Assembly (NCBI GenBank): GCA_947477885.1
Contig: CANJUD010000008.1
Coordinates: 29,569-93,568, forward strand
Reading direction: 5' to 3'
DNA: 64,000 nucleotides
Source: Bacteroidota bacterium
Lineage (GTDB): Bacteria; Bacteroidota; Bacteroidia; UKL13-3
Below are positions 60,491-64,000 of the stretch, piece by piece; within the stretch, counting starts at the first letter, position 1, and every line of letters starts with the position of its first letter. The position numbers were made by a program, and so were the translations under genes. Under the pieces are notes generated by a model. It did not search any database. It had not been told where the DNA came from and saw nothing but the letters and a program-made list of their open reading frames with translations.

Positions 60491-61801
60491 TTGAGAAATT
60501 ACCTAACCATAGGTTTCATTTTTATATCATTAAATTTATTTTCGCAGGATGATATATACTTGAGCAAGAATTCAAATTTAATTTGTTTTCCTGGCTCCAA
60601 CATTGCATTTTTTGGTGATATAATAAACGATGCAAGAGGTGGTCTTAATCACCAAAATGGAGGTGATGCGTATTTAATTAATAGTAAATTTACGGGCTTC
60701 AGAAGTTTCAGAATTATTAATGGATTTGATTCCTCAATTTCATCCACTGCGTTTAACGCAAATGGGCCTTTTGTACGTTTTTGGAATTTACATACCGACA
60801 ACGATTATTTTAACAATATACCTAGTGCTACTTTAATAAATAAAGACAGTGGCCGCGGGCATTTTAATTTTGAACAAGAAGTTAAAATTACAAACCAACA
60901 CACTTTCATACATGGTATTATTTGGACTCCCAGAAGCAAATGGAAACAAGCCTATGTAAACTATGAAACTGATAGCACTATAGTAATTGGGAATAACAAT
61001 GATAACCATATCGATGGTTATGCTGTAAAAAGTGGCTGCACCAGCTTTGAATTTCCTATTGGTGACGGCATTTTTCAGCGAACTGCAAAAATAATTTCAC
61101 CCGATTGCGGCATCTATAAAGCTGCCTATTTTAAAACTAATTCACAACTTGGGACCACAGGAATTAGTGGCGAAAAGGCACTTACAGCTACTCCCAATAA
61201 CTGTATGGATAGTATTATAAAAGTTAATAGCACTGAGTTTTGGGATATCGACGGGAGTCAAAATACCTATCTCGGGCTATCTTCCTTAAACAGCTCAAAT
61301 GGTTATTCAGAATGGAGTTCAGATTCCAATTTCTTGGGCTGCTATGCAGAAAAAATTACTATTACAGGCTTTAATGGCAAATGGCAAAATTTATCAATTG
61401 TAAAAAGTCCCGTCAGTTTGCAAGAAAATGGACAGTACGATTCTAAGTTAAAAATTGTTCCTGACTCTGGATATAGTTGCTTCACCTGGGCTGCCAAAGA
61501 TACCGCAACTGCCAACCTCGCTATCAAACAGCAAACTCCCACAAATTCCTATAATATTTATATCTACCCCAATCCATGCACAACAGCATTTACAGTCAAA
61601 TTTGCAGGTAGTAAAGACGAAAAGGTGACCTATTTTTTAACCAATAATATGGGAGCAATAGTGTTAGAAAATGACGTTGAAATAAACGCAAAGCAAAACA
61701 ATATATATATTGAATTTACTATCCTACCTGCAGGTATTTACTTTCTAAATATTTGTACCAATAATACCCCATTCCAGACCAAAAAAATTATAAAACTATA
61801 A
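60491..61801 (+). CDS. Secreted protein with T9SS type A CTD
   Basis: Signal peptide ending FSQ; HIDGYA.K.G...F.FPIGDG, EFWDIDG; IYPNP...GIYFL; starts 1 bp after the crtY stop. Confidence 0.82.
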   Translation: MRNYLTIGFIFISLNLFSQDDIYLSKNSNLICFPGSNIAFFGDIINDARGGLNHQNGGDAYLINSKFTGFRSFRIINGFDSSISSTAFNANGPFVRFWNLHTDNDYFNNIPSATLINKDSGRGHFNFEQEVKITNQHTFIHGIIWTPRSKWKQAYVNYETDSTIVIGNNNDNHIDGYAVKSGCTSFEFPIGDGIFQRTAKIISPDCGIYKAAYFKTNSQLGTTGISGEKALTATPNNCMDSIIKVNSTEFWDIDGSQNTYLGLSSLNSSNGYSEWSSDSNFLGCYAEKITITGFNGKWQNLSIVKSPVSLQENGQYDSKLKIVPDSGYSCFTWAAKDTATANLAIKQQTPTNSYNIYIYPNPCTTAFTVKFAGSKDEKVTYFLTNNMGAIVLENDVEINAKQNNIYIEFTILPAGIYFLNICTNNTPFQTKKIIKL

Positions 61802-63742
61802 ATGAAATATACCCTTCTATTTATATTAATTAATATAGTAGCCTTGCAAGCTGCAGCACAAATAAAGATTGGCGACAATCCCAAAAGCATTTCACCTGCC
61901 TCACTTCTTGAACTTGAAAGTACCAACAAAGGACTTTTAATACCGCGAATTCATCGTGATTCACTGTTGAGCTCAGCTCTAAATTCTGCCCCAAATGGCA
62001 TGCTGATTTATCAAATAGAAGGCGACTCCCTTTTTATTCGCCAGCAAAACAAATGGGTGTGCATTTCCAATCAAAATAATATAGAACAAAAAAATATATA
62101 CCTGTTCCCTGAAGACTTTGGAGCAAATCCAAATGATGCAAATTTCGATAACAGCTCAGCCATCCAGCAAGCTATCGATTCAGCTTTGCAATGTGGCAAA
62201 ATTGTATATTTCGACCAAGGCGACTACTATGTGCAAAAAACAATATATATAAGAAAAAGGCTCAGTAATAACCATGACGATGGTATAAAAATGGTAGGAG
62301 CAGGAATCAGTCACACCAGAATAATTTCAAAGGTAAATAACAATGCACTGATTGTAATGGAAAACACCTTGTATAGCAATTCAAAACCAATACCCGGCTA
62401 TTTTTTCAAAGGTGGATATATAAAAAATATCTTATTTATGGGCACTGGTGGCAAGGGCAACTGCTTCAATATAACCGGATGGTGGGCTGGACTCTTGGAG
62501 AATATTCAAATACAAAATTTTAACGGCAACGGCATTCATATGCCTACACAAAATAATTTTGGCCCGCCTTACGACGCTTTCGGAAATGCCTATACCGATA
62601 ATTATTCAAGTTTTATTAGTTTGAAAAATTCTCAAATTGACAACAATGAAGGTTGGGGCTATTATGATGAAAAAGAAAATACATCCTCCGATTTGAATTG
62701 CGAAAAAACAGTGATAGCATCCAACGGGAAAGGTGGGATACGATTTGGTGGACAAAGCTTACGGCTTGTAGGTTGTGCGATTGCTTATAATGGCTTTGGC
62801 TCCAACACTGGTGGCGGACTAGAACTTGCTGTAAATGGCAACTCTTCCCATAATAACTTTATTACACAAAATGAATTTGATGCGAACCATCAATATCACA
62901 TTAAAATGAATGGTGTTATCAATAATCAAATTGTTTCAAACCGCTTTTTGTTTCACGACTTAATAGATACCAGCAAAATGACGCCAGCAAATGGTGCTAT
63001 TTTACTTGCATCAGATTCCTTATATCCTTATGCAGATAATGTAACTATCTCAAATAATTATGTGCGAGTTGATTACCCCACAAAGGCATTTACCAACAGA
63101 CAACAATTGTATTTTGTCCGATTTTTGAACCACGCGTCGTCCATAAATATTAAGATTGAAAATAATTTCTTTCAAGCATTGCCCACTGGCTTTACAAAAT
63201 ATCACAACTTTACAAGGTATGATTATTATTTCGATTCGCGACTTGGCATTACCAATAATATTATAATAGACGACCCAAATACAGGAAGTTATTTTAACAG
63301 TGCCCGCGGTGCACTTCCACCCTATTTCGATGGCATTATTCAAAATAAATCCATCGATACTATTTCATCTACTATTAATCTTAAATTTCCAATTACCTAT
63401 GGCGGTTATAATATACTGAATTTAGAAGAGTATGTACAATTTTACGACACGACCAAAAACGAATTTCAAATTCCGGAATCGGGTTACTATGAAATTAATG
63501 CATCTCTAGGAATCCAATCCAATTCTGCGTCGAATAACTTGAAATTGGAATATTATATTGACCATGCTTTATACAGTACCCACGCTTACCCTGTGCTTAC
63601 AGGCAGCGATTCTTGGGTTAGTGATAAACTAATCATTTACTGCTATAAAGGATTAAAATTAAATATTAAACTGAAAGCAAGTTCTGCTATTAATTTTTCC
63701 GTGAGTGAACAATCAAAAGTTTTTATAAAGATGCTTCGGTAA
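61802..63742 (+). CDS. Secreted fibre-type protein with a right-handed beta-helix (pectate-lyase-like) domain and C1q-like C-terminus
   Basis: N-terminal QIKIGDNP..I...SLLELES.NKGLLIPR; PEDFGA.....DNS.AIQ.AID, F..G.Y; Asn-rich beta-helix; F.IP.SG.Y.I.A near the C-terminus; no CTD. Confidence 0.78.
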   Translation: MKYTLLFILINIVALQAAAQIKIGDNPKSISPASLLELESTNKGLLIPRIHRDSLLSSALNSAPNGMLIYQIEGDSLFIRQQNKWVCISNQNNIEQKNIYLFPEDFGANPNDANFDNSSAIQQAIDSALQCGKIVYFDQGDYYVQKTIYIRKRLSNNHDDGIKMVGAGISHTRIISKVNNNALIVMENTLYSNSKPIPGYFFKGGYIKNILFMGTGGKGNCFNITGWWAGLLENIQIQNFNGNGIHMPTQNNFGPPYDAFGNAYTDNYSSFISLKNSQIDNNEGWGYYDEKENTSSDLNCEKTVIASNGKGGIRFGGQSLRLVGCAIAYNGFGSNTGGGLELAVNGNSSHNNFITQNEFDANHQYHIKMNGVINNQIVSNRFLFHDLIDTSKMTPANGAILLASDSLYPYADNVTISNNYVRVDYPTKAFTNRQQLYFVRFLNHASSINIKIENNFFQALPTGFTKYHNFTRYDYYFDSRLGITNNIIIDDPNTGSYFNSARGALPPYFDGIIQNKSIDTISSTINLKFPITYGGYNILNLEEYVQFYDTTKNEFQIPESGYYEINASLGIQSNSASNNLKLEYYIDHALYSTHAYPVLTGSDSWVSDKLIIYCYKGLKLNIKLKASSAINFSVSEQSKVFIKMLR

Positions 63743-63790
63743 GAAGATAATCGACTGTTGCATTATTATCTTGAATTTGCAAAAATATGA

Positions 63791-64000
63791 GCTGCTGAAA
63801 TAGCTTTGATAAATTGCTTAGCTACTTTAATGTTGTTTCTATGTACAATTAATTGGCAGAAAATATATACTTTTTATTTATTTTTAAACCTTGCAATTTT
63901 ACCCCTACTTATTAATTTCGCATTCAAAGTAACTAGGCTCCCCAAATTGCTCAACATTCCTGTGGAGGATATATTTTATGGGTTTGAATTGATTGTTTTG
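63791..64000 (+). pseudogene. Degenerate second copy of the 3' half of crtY with an internal deletion (runs off the window)
   Basis: Translates ...KIYTFYLFLNLAILPLLINFAFKVTRLPKLLNIPVEDIFYGFELIVL versus crtY KLYTFYTFVSLAILLILLKFAFNVTWLSKLLSI-(40 aa)-PVEDIFYGFELILL; preceded by an in-frame TGA at 63788-63790. Confidence 0.8.

Noticed and set aside
55519-63742. Proteorhodopsin/xanthorhodopsin photosystem beside the carotenoid genes
   Set aside because: No 7-TM opsin or blh dioxygenase ORF is present in the window.
61802-63742. Prophage tailspike
   Set aside because: It has a Sec signal peptide and a Bacteroidota surface-fibre N-terminus, and no phage genes are nearby.

Overview
AT-rich chromosomal window from a Bacteroidota bacterium. 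The assignment rests on many TAnnTTTG promoter boxes, eight type IX secretion (T9SS) C-terminal-domain proteins and Bacteroidota-type DUF3276/DUF3822 genes. From left to right it holds: the 5' part of a Cys-type NAD-linked formate dehydrogenase operon (fused NuoE-NuoF subunit plus alpha subunit); a cluster of T9SS cargo genes and an FGE-sulfatase-fold protein; queG and an O-antigen ligase; an eroded accessory stretch (18-25 kb) with several gene stubs, an orphan DUF2442 and an LRR + trypsin-like protease pair; housekeeping genes (ABC-F, rimO, purC, yraN, mnmH, mutS2, rsmD, lpxH); a YfiR - TonB-dependent receptor - hybrid histidine kinase operon; a 41-unit heptamer array; and a zeaxanthin-type carotenoid operon followed by two surface-protein genes and a decayed second copy of the crtY 3' half. 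No rRNA, tRNA, CRISPR array, transposase or integrase was recognised. The most notable signals are (i) the YfiR-TBDR-kinase trans-envelope signalling candidate, (ii) several families of small palindromic elements that nest in one another and, in two adjacent genes, lie in frame in the N-terminal/signal-peptide region, and (iii) the crtY partial duplication. All protein calls come from motif recognition by eye; no database search was run.
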